Shown one piece after another: positions 26,505 through 37,940 of a DNA stretch of 64,000 bases. This DNA comes from Oopsacas minuta (taxonomy: Eukaryota > Animalia > Porifera). Under the pieces are notes generated by a model that was not told the origin of the DNA, did not search any database, and saw only the letters and a program-made list of their open reading frames with translations. The DNA lies in contig JAKMXF010000327.1 in the NCBI GenBank assembly GCA_024704765.1, forward strand, positions 265,360-329,359. Direction: 5' to 3'. The first letter of the stretch is position 1, and each line of letters opens with the position of its first letter. The position numbers were made by a program, and so were the translations under genes.

Positions 26505-27035
26505 TACAGGTTTGGTTTGTTCACTCAATTTCAACTGTCTACACTTAATCCTTGTGAATTTGACTTGTCCAAGTTGATTCATTCAATTTCAACTTCCTGC
26601 ACACATGAACAGTCACACGTACACGTAACAGCTTATTTCAATCAATTTCATCGTATGCACATATTCACAGTGATATTTACATCCAACAATATTATTCATT
26701 CAATCTCATCTGTCTGTACTTATTCACTTTGAATATGACTTGTAAGAAGTTTTTTCATTCAAATTCATCTGTTTGTACTTGTTCATGTTGAATCTGAGAT
26801 GTAACAGGGTGTTTCTTTCAAAATCAACTTTCTGCACACATGCACAAATGAATCTGTGCAAATAGTTAAAAGAGAATGAAAAAGATTGTTACATGTCGGA
26901 TTCACTATGAATATGGGCAGACTGCTGAAATTGAATGCTAAAACCTGTTACAAGTATATGTCTCCGAATATATATCCAGTCAGTTGAAACTTAATGAAAA
27001 ACCTTTTAAAAGTCTAAATACACGTTAAATACCCA
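26505..27035. repeat. Degenerate ~57-bp tandem repeat array with an orientation switch near 26860
   Basis: Units such as TTCAATTTCAACTG..GAATTTGACTTGT left of ~26860 and the reverse-complement form (CAGTTGAAATTGAATG..) to the right. Confidence 0.7.
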
Positions 27036-27040
27036 TAGAC

Positions 27041-29455
27041 CAGGGGTCTCAAACTGAATTCGATCACGTGCCAAAATTAAATTTACCTGCAATATCTCGG
27101 GCCAAATTGTGGCTAGGTAAATCTAGACCCTGGATCAAAGCTCCTGATGAGTTAGTTAGGTGATTAATAGATCCTTTACAAATGCTTGAATAAGCTAGTA
27201 TTTCATTGCATAAGTATACATAACTACACTACTATCCTAACATATAAGGAATCGGCATTATTTTTGACGACTTTTCTGGCACCTCTTCGATCCAACAAGA
27301 TCTACAATGTTGGGAGAGATGGGTGACAATGCTAGTCGCACCACTGAATCCAAATGTTCATTGGTTATCCGCGACCTGTGCGACGTTTTAACAGCCTTCA
27401 TGAATGAGAAGGATTGTTCATTCGCATCAGTCGCTCCAAGCATGCTTCCAATGTAGAATGCATGACTTTTCAGCTTTGGAAATGCTTTCTCATCCATTAA
27501 TTGATAAAAAGCGATTAAGTCACCTGTTGAAAATGCGCTCTTCAACGGTTCATGATATTTGAGGTCAATCAGCTCCAATTGTACTCCACTATCTTCACAA
27601 TCCGCAACATTAATTGAGAAGGGATCCTCGAATAGGTGAAATTCATGTTCATATTCTTGGAACACATAGAAACGTTCAGAAAAGTTCTGGCTCAAGGTTT
27701 TAAGATTTAGTTTTAGCTTATTTGTCATAAAGATTTCTTCTGGATTATCTGTGAGGAGTTTCGCCACAGAAGGGAGATGGCGAAAGTCATTCCTTTCTGC
27801 CTGACTAATAAATAGAGAGAGCTTCTCCATGAAGCTTCTTACATGGCTCCAAAGTTGCGAAATAAATTTCCCTCGGCCCTGGAGTCTGATATTTAGGTCA
27901 TTCAAATGACCTGTAATGTCAGAGAGGCATGCAAAATCAAACAACCAGTTTTTGTTATTCATCTGTTCAATCACATGTTCCCCATTTTTGGTTTTTAGGT
28001 TCGCATCTTTTTCTATAATAAAAATTCTAATTTCGGTGAACAGATCATTAAATCGCTGCAAAACACGCCCTCGACTCAACCAACGAACTTCACAATGATA
28101 GAGAATATCTCCGTACTGCGAATCCAGTTCCTTTAACAGTGTTCTAAATTGTCTATGGTTGAGTCCTTTTGAACGAATAAAGTTGATGACTTTGACAACA
28201 ACGTCCATTACATTCTGGTATTTGAGAGACTTTCCGCAGAGGGACTCCTGGTGAATTATGCAATGTAAGGAAAGGCAGCGATGTTGAGGTGGGACCACCT
28301 CATCCAACAACAATTTCACAGCTCCTATCTCTTTCCCAATCATATTAGGAGCTCCATCTGTTCCAATCGCAGAGAGAAGATTCCATGATAAACACGGAAG
28401 TCGTTGTTCCATGATTCTCTTAACAGTACCCTTGACATCTATTCCTTGCGTTCTCCCATCCATTGGGAACAATCCAATAATGTCCTCGTGGATTTCAAAA
28501 GGAGAGGAGATACCCCGAATATACACAGAAAGTTGTTCTGTGTCAGAGACATCCGTACTGCCATCAAATGCCAACGAGAAAGACTTGAAACTTTCGGATT
28601 TCTTCTGAAGTTGGTTTGTCAAGTCTATTCCCATTTCTGAAATTCTAGACGCCACGGTATTAGGGGTCAGACTGATTGTTGAGAATAGATTTTGTTGTTC
28701 CGGTGCTACTTCGGCGGCTGCAATTGTCAAGCAGTCCTTTATCATTTGACCTTCCATAAACGGCCGAGTTCTTTCCGCAATAACCTCAGATATACGATAA
28801 CTAACCCGCACACATGCTTCACTTATTTGTTTTTGGGCGACGAACATTGATTTCTGGGCTATTCTTTCTGTTCTTAATCTCTTCACTGCTTCATCTCTAA
28901 ACAACCCTGTGAATTCGTCATATCTCTTGCTGTGCTGCGTTTGGTAATGTCTGCGAAGATTGTACTCCTTGTTCACAGTACAATCGTAGGAACAAATAAT
29001 ACAAATAGGAAGACCCTTGGGACCTTTCTCAAAAAAATATTTTATCGTCCAATCTTCATCAAACCCACGTTTCTCATTGTCAATCTTGCGCTTTCGCAAC
29101 ATATTGATAAAATCTAATGACAAAAAATAATAACGTAAACAAACTCGGTTACTTTTTCAAACAAATATAATCTCACACAATCTGTTCATTTTTCTGAAAT
29201 GAAACAAAACTATTTTAATGCATAAATGACACAAACATTCTATAATGTCGTATGAAATATAAATTTTAGGGTGGATCTGAAATAAATGGAGAAACATAAA
29301 GGTCCTCACGAATGGAATACATGGTAGGTTTAAAAGATAATTAAAGTGATCCAAAGTGTACATATATTGCTCCAAATCCATTAAGGCTTCGCGGGCCAAA
29401 AAAAGTAAGCTTGCGGGCCGTATCCGGCCCGCGGGCCAACAGTTTGAGACCGCTG
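27041..29455 (-). mobile_element. Full-length hAT (GTF2IRD2/SPIN-like), potentially autonomous
   Basis: TIR CAGGGGTCTCAAACT / CAGCGGTCTCAAACT; perfect 8-bp TSD CCATAGAC (27033-27040, 29456-29463). Confidence 0.95.
27258..29123 (-). CDS. hAT transposase, 621 aa, uninterrupted (BED-type Zn finger + DDE + dimerisation domain)
   Basis: CIIC..KEYNLRRHYQTQH; LAFDGSTD, GTDGAPNM, CIIHQESLC, EVRWLSRG, NEQSFS. Confidence 0.92.
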   Translation of the reverse strand: MSLDFINMLRKRKIDNEKRGFDEDWTIKYFFEKGPKGLPICIICSYDCTVNKEYNLRRHYQTQHSKRYDEFTGLFRDEAVKRLRTERIAQKSMFVAQKQISEACVRVSYRISEVIAERTRPFMEGQMIKDCLTIAAAEVAPEQQNLFSTISLTPNTVASRISEMGIDLTNQLQKKSESFKSFSLAFDGSTDVSDTEQLSVYIRGISSPFEIHEDIIGLFPMDGRTQGIDVKGTVKRIMEQRLPCLSWNLLSAIGTDGAPNMIGKEIGAVKLLLDEVVPPQHRCLSLHCIIHQESLCGKSLKYQNVMDVVVKVINFIRSKGLNHRQFRTLLKELDSQYGDILYHCEVRWLSRGRVLQRFNDLFTEIRIFIIEKDANLKTKNGEHVIEQMNNKNWLFDFACLSDITGHLNDLNIRLQGRGKFISQLWSHVRSFMEKLSLFISQAERNDFRHLPSVAKLLTDNPEEIFMTNKLKLNLKTLSQNFSERFYVFQEYEHEFHLFEDPFSINVADCEDSGVQLELIDLKYHEPLKSAFSTGDLIAFYQLMDEKAFPKLKSHAFYIGSMLGATDANEQSFSFMKAVKTSHRSRITNEHLDSVVRLALSPISPNIVDLVGSKRCQKSRQK

Positions 29456-29463
29456 CCATAGAC

Positions 29464-29990
29464 AGATGAAATTGAATGAAATATATGATACAAGTCAGAT
29501 TCACCATGATTCTGTGCAGACTGTTGAAATGGAATCCAAAAACTTCTTTCAAGTCAGATTCACCATGAATATGTGCATTTAGTTGAAATTAAATTAACAA
29601 ACTTGTCACAAGTCAGATTCACCATCTATCCTGGCAGATAGTTGAAATAGAATAAAAAAACCTGTAACATGTAAGTATCACACAGAATATATCCAGAGAG
29701 TAGAAATATCTATGAAAGACTTTTACAAGTCTAAATACAAGTGAATTCTTGTAGACATGAAATTGAATGAGATACAGTAATATGTCTTATGACAGTGAAT
29801 GTGTGCAGACAGTTGAAATTGACCGAAAACCTTGTACATTTCAGATTCACCGTAGCATTGTACATACAGGTGAAACTTTATGAAAATACTTAATACACGT
29901 TAGTGTCGCTGTTAATATGTGTATGATGTTAAATTTAGTGAAAAACTTGTTTCACGCCAGTATCATCGTGAATAGGTGCCCATGGTATAG
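29464..29990. repeat. Continuation of the ~57-bp tandem array (split from 26.5-27.0 kb by the hAT)
   Basis: Recurrent GTTGAAAT..AAT..AAA.CTT....CAAGTCAGATTCACCATG units. Confidence 0.8.
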
Positions 29991-30237
29991 CCATTTAGGA
30001 ATAACACAATGGAATATTGAGGATTGAATTTCGAAATACAACTTAAAAATCAAATATTTACAATACTATATATAGTACATATATACGTATCTAAAAAATC
30101 AAGAAGCATTGCATAGAACAAATGGCTGAATTGTCAATCATAATCAGGATCTAATGAGATGTTTAAATAGCCATATTTGTGGCTTCACAGATTTTGTATC
30201 TAATTAGTGTAAAAATAAATATATATAAATACAAATA

Positions 30238-31152
30238 CAGTCAGGGGACAAAAGTATTCGAACACACAAATATATTGTCATAAATTGTATATTCTTTCCC
30301 GCTCCTATATATTGTGTAGTCTATATTCGTAGCCGCTATCTAGTAATTTGTATAGAATAACATATGTTTTTCAAGAATTTCAAAAAAATATTAACGATTT
30401 ACACTTTTTGAAGCTGTTGATTATAAATAATAATTAGATAATTATTGATAATCAAAATATGTGGTAATTCAAAGCCTATTAAGAATCTATAATTTCTGAC
30501 TTGATATTTGAATTCTACGTAGGCGAGTTACCCCAGATTGAAATTTCCAATCGGATTGAACAATTTTTACCAGAGTTATAGATGAATTTCAATTTGTGCC
30601 ATTTATGCCACCTTTTGCCCAAGGTGGCACAAATGGCCGCTACCAAGAGGTTATTTTGGAATTCAAGGGTTAGCATAGTCATATCATTCGAAAATATTAC
30701 TTCGACTTATTCCTCCTAACTCTAGTTGATTTCCTTGTAGTGGCGCTGTTTCCTGCCACCTGTGCCACTTTTTGAAAAAAGTGGCACAAGTGGGACAAAT
30801 TGAAATTCTTCTATAACTTTGGTAAAATTGTTCAATCCGATTGGAAATTTCAATCTGGGGTAACTCGCCTACGTAGAATTCAAATATCAAGTCAGAAATT
30901 ATAGATTCTTAATAGGCTTTGAATTATCACATATTTTGAATATCAATAATTATCTAATAATTATTAATAAATAACACCTTCAAAAAGTGTAAATCGAAAA
31001 TTTGTTTTTTTGAATTTCGTGAAAAACATGTTATTCTATGCAATTACTAGATTGCAGCTACGAATATAGACTACACAATATATAGGAGCGGGAAAGAGTA
31101 TACAATCTATGACAATATATTTGTGTGTTCGAATACTATTGTCCCCTGACTG
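30238..31152. mobile_element. Tc1-type foldback MITE with ~360-bp TIRs
   Basis: TA-CAGTCAGGGGACAA ... GTCCCCTGACTG-TA; arms ~30238-30600 and ~30795-31152 are reverse complements with scattered mismatches; non-coding. Confidence 0.9.
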
Positions 31153-31249
31153 TATATATATAAATATACTGTAAACATTTCATGATTTATGGCGAATACT
31201 ACCAATTATGGAGAGGTGATCATTGTGCAAGGTCATAACTAGAATAATA

Positions 31250-33225
31250 GTCTCAAATGTTAGTAATGGGTACTACTATAACCATCATGGCACACTTTTC
31301 GACAATAATGCACATCTTTCACATCTCGGTTGTTGCCATGGATGGAATTGATTTTCCTCATAACGTTGTTCCAAAGCCTCGTCTTTTTATGTTTATCTCC
31401 GCGCACTGACCAGCAGTACCTCTCAATTTATCTCCAGCATCCTGGATTACCTCAATGAGTGTATACTCCTCTTCCTTTGTCCCTACTCTTGCTTTAGAAT
31501 ATCAAAACCTCCACCAATTTATACTTTTCATAATGCAACAACTAGCTCCCAATTCAAGTGCAATACTTGATACATCTCACAAGTAAATATCCCAACTTCA
31601 AAGCCCGACATCCTACTTAGATGTTTCAAAACTACAAATTCCATGTTACCTTACAATCATTAACTATACAAAATGTTTACATATCTACATCACAACATAT
31701 ATGCTATGCGAATTTAGTTGTTGAAATTATGAATAGAAAATTGATGCCTGTAATGCTTTGATGCCCAATACCCAACAGTTTCTTCAAAGTCAAGAACATC
31801 ATCCGGATAAGAATCATTGGAGACTTTATCCTCTAAGAGAGGTTGTTTCCACTGTATTGCTATGTTATACAATACTGCACAAGCAACTATGATGGAACAA
31901 ACTTTATCTGGACTCATCCTGAGCTCTCCATGAAGACAGTGGAATCTTCGTTGCCATCGCCCAAATGTCTGATCAACAATAACTCTTGTCCTCTTATGTG
32001 CATAGTTGTAGTTAATTGGGGAGTGGATATTGGTTGGCGATAAGGAGTGAGTAAATATGGCCTCATCATGTAACCGCTATCTCCTAATATATGCTCTCCT
32101 ATTGAAAGGTATTTTCAACATGCATCCCAACACCTGAAATCTTCCAAATCCGTGAATCGTGAACAGACCCAGGAAAACGTGCCAATACATCACTAAACAT
32201 TCCATCTGTTTGGCAAATAGCTTGGACGTTAATTGAGTGGTAAAAATGCGGATTTATATAATCTGCTTCATCTTCAGAGGGTCTTTGGATTCGTATGTGT
32301 GTTCTGTCAACTAATCCAACTACGCCTGGAAAGTGAGCAATCTCATAAACTTATTTTTGACTACCCTCTTGAAACCAGCAGGCAAACTAACAAACTGATG
32401 GTATATAGCTTGTAAACCCAGAGAAACATCTCGGATATAACGAGAAGCAGAAGCTTGGCTTATGTTTATCCCATTTGCACAAATTATCTGGAACGTTCCA
32501 GAAGCGAAAAATAGAAGTGCCATACAAACTAGCAAGTGAGGGGAAGCAGGATAAGAACGCTCAGTGAAATTCAAATAGTTAGCTATCAACTCTGTTATTT
32601 TAGATATTGAAACTCTAGAGAAACGGAAACGTCGAACAAGTTCCATATCATCGTAACAATTCACGTAGGGGATCATTGAGATCCCTGAAAACTCGTTGAC
32701 GTGCCATTGAGGAAGAGGTTTCTTCTTCTGCGAGAAATAGTGGAATCATCTGTGCCATTGTTTATATTAAAATACTTGAATATTTTATATATTATATTTG
32801 ATCATAAATTGTATTTAGCAAAACATTCATTAGTGTAACTTGGAATGTATAATTCAGAATGATATTATTTAACATTACGTACAAAGTAATGCATTCCTTA
32901 GTAACACATATGTTATATCATAAGCATTCGGGGCATTCCTTGCAACATTATTTGTGGAATATTTCATGAACGTAAACCACAATATTATCGTGAGATCATG
33001 CATAAAACATGAAAAGTTTTAAAATATATTCCTGAATGATTGAAAGTAATTCAGTAAAGAAATCCATAAGAAACTCACAAATTCATGAATATAAGTGATA
33101 CTTAAGTATGTACTTAGTTAAGTACATACTTAAGTACGTACTTAACTCTTAGTGAATACGACTTAAGTATGTACTTGACTAAGTACATAGTACTTAAGTA
33201 TTAAGTATGCTTAGTGAATACGGCC
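31250..33225 (-). mobile_element. PIF/Harbinger element A (nuclease pseudogene 32757->31714 plus Myb/SANT fragment ~31510->31300), one end missing
   Basis: HARBI1-like motifs RFRFSR, FFASGTFQ, HSINVQAIC, FPGSVHDSRIW, LGDSGY, IVACAVLYN. TIR TTAGTGAATACGGCC at 33211-33225; ACTTAAGT subterminal repeats. Confidence 0.85.
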
Positions 33226-33342
33226 GCAGTTTCATGGTCCACTGCAAACAAAATGTACCCAACATTAAGAAAACTAAGGATATGATTAATCTCTCCATAA
33301 AACTCCCTTTGGATACATCCCATTAAGGTCGAAGGGATGGAT

Positions 33343-36300
33343 CATAGCCTACTAAATATAAGGCCTAACAGTAAAAGTACCAGGGATGCGTTATTAGCTG
33401 ATATTGGAGAATTCTGTTATTGTCTTAAAAATCTAATCAAAATGTTTTCTCAAGTGTTATTAATAATCCCTCGCTGGTATTAAACTAAGATATTGAAATT
33501 CTATTTGAAGTTCATTGAAACTAATGTTATTGGACAAAAACCCAATCAACAAAAATAATAAATGTAAATACATATAATTACAATAATAATACATACACTC
33601 CACAAAATCATGAGAACTTTTTCAGTTTACGTTTTTCTATACCCTCTAAGTTACAAGTGAATTATAGTTCTTAATCTTGTTGGCCAGAAAGCAATTAGTA
33701 GTAGTAAAAATAAGTTTACGCAAGATATCCCATCTAGTAACATTACAGATAGGACAGTTTGATTTCCAGATATCAATACTTGCATCATCTTCATGTATAT
33801 CAATGTGAGCTCAACTAATATTTTTCTAGGTGGACCGTGTACAAGTAGATTCGCCAAATGATCATTGTCCTCAATAGCAAATAGAATCCTCCAGAGAGTA
33901 ATGACAGAGCTAAGAACATGCTCAGATGGATATTTGAGCCCCCCTCGATCTGTAAATTGCAAGAGCTTGAATTGAGAAATGGAATCACTATCAGGAATAA
34001 ATTCTTTATCATAAGTTAGCGTATCAGTGTACAATCTACACTCTTGAAACCCTTTCAAGAATTTATAGACCGAATATCCTCCGATACAAGCTAACGACTG
34101 GAGTATCTGCTGAGTGTATTCAATTGATAATACATCACCAATTCTATCAAGATATGGTTCAAGATCTATTTGGTCATCACTAGAAGTACTAAAGGGTGAA
34201 GTAAAAGATTTGACAAAAGTATGTATGGATTGACAAGGGTCTCGTTGGTCAGAAAACATTTTTAGGATGTTAGAGAGCTTAAGACGACGCACGGATTCAA
34301 GAATTTGAATGTAGGAAATATGATGAATCGAACCAGCCATCATACGATAGAGTCCAAAATGATGTTCCAATGGGTCTGTTGGCAGAAATGCAGACAAAAC
34401 ATAAGAAAATCCACAAGACTCAGTTAGATAGTTTGTTCTCTGTTCTAAAGCAATACAAGCGTGTCTCAAACTAGTATACGTTTGCTTACTCAATTTACCC
34501 GATTTTCCAGGTAAGGACTGCCAAGCATCTAGCCAATATACTATACGAGCTAAATATATGAAACGCTCATCGTGTGAGATCAAAGGTGTTGAGAGATTGT
34601 CATTTAAACGGATGCCTTTGAAGGGTGTACTAACATTGAATATTTTCTACAGAGTAAGGATTCTAACAAACGTAGAGGTATTATTACGATATTCTTCACA
34701 ACGTTTTTCATTTTGAATCTCAAGAGCGGATAGTGTTAGATCATTAAAACCTTCAGAATCAATCTGACATTCTGTCTTTCTATACTAGAAGGAAAACAAG
34801 CTTTCGCTGTTAACTGAGGAGCCAGTTTCGCTAAACTTCCTCTTTCAGAGCTGTATAGAAGGCGAACATCTGGAAAAGATGCTGAATGGAGACAAAGGGG
34901 GTACTGGCATTTATCAATCTCAAAATCTTCTAACTTGGGGAAATACATTGTCTTATCAAAATTCTTCTGATTCAACCAATTATTACGTATACTTTTTAAA
35001 ATATGAACAAAATCGAATGTGAGGAAGAGAAATCTAGTAGGATCAAATGGGTGAGGCACCCTAGTTTCCAATTTGCCACTCAGAGAAAATAGCTTGAAAA
35101 GATTTACATTCAAAGGATAATTGTCAGTTGAAATTACCTGTACACGTAAACCACAATTCTCAATATCAATGATACACTCTTTGATGATGGGAAATATCTT
35201 TTCAGCGGAAATAGAACCACATGGTAATAAACGTGAAATACAAGACCATTTCTTATGTAAACTAGATACCATTACCGCAAACACAGTTCTGGTTGGGTCC
35301 TTTGGGTCTAAATTAGGAGCAAAGATTTCCCTCCTTTATACGTAATATCAGATTTAACGTGTATTTCTTCCATTTAAACTATAACATTTCTCTCCAATGA
35401 ACTGAAGGAAGAAGTAGCTTGGGAGAGATAGGTAGCGAAATAGTTTCCAATGCCAAACGAAGGATACAATTTATTTAAGGTCGGAACATGCGGTAGAGAA
35501 AGACACTCTAAACCTGGAGATAAACATAACATGCTGGAGAAATGAGATGAGTCTTAATTGACATGACTTGTGTAATTATATTGTACCTTCGCCTGTTATT
35601 TGGAATAAATATATTGTCTAATTGACAGAGGATAAATAGGAGCTTGGCTATAACTGAGGAAGAATAATTTTAGCTATCCTCTATGCTAGCTAAATCAATA
35701 ACCTTCTCTATGTGTTGTTTAGCGCGAGGAATATGAAATGAATGTGATTTATTATTATGATCATCAGATACAATTTTTGAGGAAATTTGATGTAATAATG
35801 ATTCAATTTGTCGAATATCATTAATTGAATTAAGAGAAGTAGGTATGCTTTGTCCATAAACAGATAAAAATGAATTTATTTCTAGATATAAATCTACTAA
35901 AATAGTTTTTTCAATAAGACGAGGAAGAACAAACCGTGTACTAGAATTGTCAGTATGCCATCTTAACCAATTGTCTGGTAACACAATATAATTCAACTTA
36001 GCTTTCAGATCCTGTAAATTCCTAATGAAGAATTTGTGTTTGGCTTCACTCTCAGATTTAGACTAAGCTGAATGGTTTGATTCAACATTTCTTTCTCTTT
36101 TGATTCATAAGACAAACGAGTACGTTTGCTTGTCGATGTTGGTGAATAATAAGAGGGGCAACCAGGAAGTAAACAGGGAATTGCCCCTTCTTTCAGCTGA
36201 AGTTTATCGCGAGGTACACTAGTGAAAGTACCGTCACCATTGGGAACCTTATGAAAATACTCAACATTTTCTTCACGGAAATGCTCGATACATACATTAA

Positions 36301-36721
36301 CAACCTTGAGACGATCAATATCTTCACGGTGAAGAGCGCGTATCCAGGTATGTTTAAGTTCAGGTGGATTCTCTGGCATTCTGAATATATGCACTCTGTC
36401 ATCTGGGTAGTAATTACTTGTGCAACCTGGGGCAGAACAGGAACTGGGCATCAGAGATACAATATACAAGCTAATAGTGAGCAGAAATGGATTATAAAAT
36501 GCCATAGATATGTGATGGAATATCATTACTAGTAACTAGAGTATATCAGTGAAAAAATTTGTATTTGAATATATAACTATTATAATGAATTTAAACAGTA
36601 TGGTTAATTAATAATCAGAAGTTTTAAAAATAGAAAATGGGTAGTTAATATAATCAGCTAATAACTTATCCCTGGTATAACAAATGAAGTTACTGTTAGG
36701 CCTTATATTTAGTAGGCTATG
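33343..36721 (-). mobile_element. P-superfamily (THAP) transposon
   Basis: Perfect 32-bp TIR CATAGCCTACTAAATATAAGGCCTAACAGTAA; 7-bp TSD GATGGAT (33336-33342, 36722-36728). Confidence 0.93.
33651..36451 (-). pseudogene. THAP-domain P-element transposase pseudogene
   Basis: THAP C2CH: MPSSCSAPGC..W..A..VCIEHF..L..GAIP; core ISTDNYPLN, FDFVHILKSIRNNWLN, SIERQNV, TDPLEHHFGLYR. Confidence 0.9.
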
Positions 36722-37940
36722 GATGGATATAAAACGAGTATCTAGAGTTAAGCTGTTAGGCAAAATTTTGAGCGTAAAACTCGTTTGGAGTGAAAATGCC
36801 ACCTATGTTTGTTCGAAAGCCTCTAGACGTCTATACCAGCTGCGGAGAACTGGGCTTGACAGAGGTAGCTTGCTCATGTTCTATGGGTTTGTAATCAAGC
36901 CAGCTGTTGAATTTGTCTGTCCGGCGTGCCATACATCCCTAACCATGGCAGATTAGGTCATGATAGAGTCATCCAAAGGAGAGCCATGAGAATAATTGAA
37001 CCCAACTTGTGTTTTGACGTGGCATGTGATAAACACCACCTGGTTTACCTTAGGCTCCGGAGAGAGAATTTATTCCGAAAATTCTCTCTGCCACATCCCA
37101 CAAATTTCACCATCTGCTACCCGAACCAAAAATCTCCCGTTACTCCCTTCGTAAGTCATCAAATCTATTCCTCCCAAAACCAAAATCACCCGGTCTAAGA
37201 ACTCTCTTTTACTCTATAAACTGTAAAATTTTCAATAGTTCACCTGATACCTCTTAGAGTTTCATTTCTAGATACTGATGTAACGCCTGAAGTTGATGAC
37301 TCGAACACACTGACGATATTACTGCAGCTGATATAATGAAGATCCTATGAGATGCCAAAGTAGATGAATGGAAGATACTAATGCCCCTGGAATGTTTTGA
37401 TTGTACAGTTGTTAATTTTTGTGTTTCATTTTGTATGTATGTATTATTGGAAAGGCTTCTTATCCTATAGGTACTATCTGGAGAAATTACATTCTGGTCA
37501 AATTATATCGTTCAATCAATATTCATACGGAAGAATATTGTTTAAGTGAAAAGCCTCCAGGGATTGAGAATCGGGAGGGTACTTTTTGTATTCTTTATGT
37601 TTTCAGATATTTTGTAAGGGTAATTTAGCCAAAGAACTACAAATTAAACCTTTTTCTCTCTTTAAAATATTCTGACAAGCCAACAAAAATTCTAACAAAT
37701 GAAGTCGGTGTTTGAAATTATTCTTACAAGTGAAAGCTCGGAAAACACTATGATATATATAAAGCTTTTTATTAGCAAAATCATTATTTAATTCGAAAAC
37801 CTTGATAGAACCTGTTCTAGATCATTTGGCTTTTCAACATTTTGATCCTAAATTAATAATTCACGTTTTACTATTATCTCAAAGTTGGAGAATATTTGTA
37901 TACATATTTGCCAAGTACGCTAACGGGTTATGTCATTCAG

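Larger units (their letters stand above)
33235..37230 (+). pseudogene. Non-LTR retrotransposon (CR1/L2-like) RT 3' fragment, interrupted by the P element
   Basis: Rejoined reading ..IKVEGMD|IKRVSRVKLLG..W..N...VCSKASRRLYQL..FY..VIKPAVEFVCPA..IQRRAMRII. Confidence 0.75.

Noticed and set aside
29157-29552. 131-aa ORF overlapping the hAT 5' end
   Set aside because: It spans the satellite, TSD, TIR and UTR; a chance open frame.
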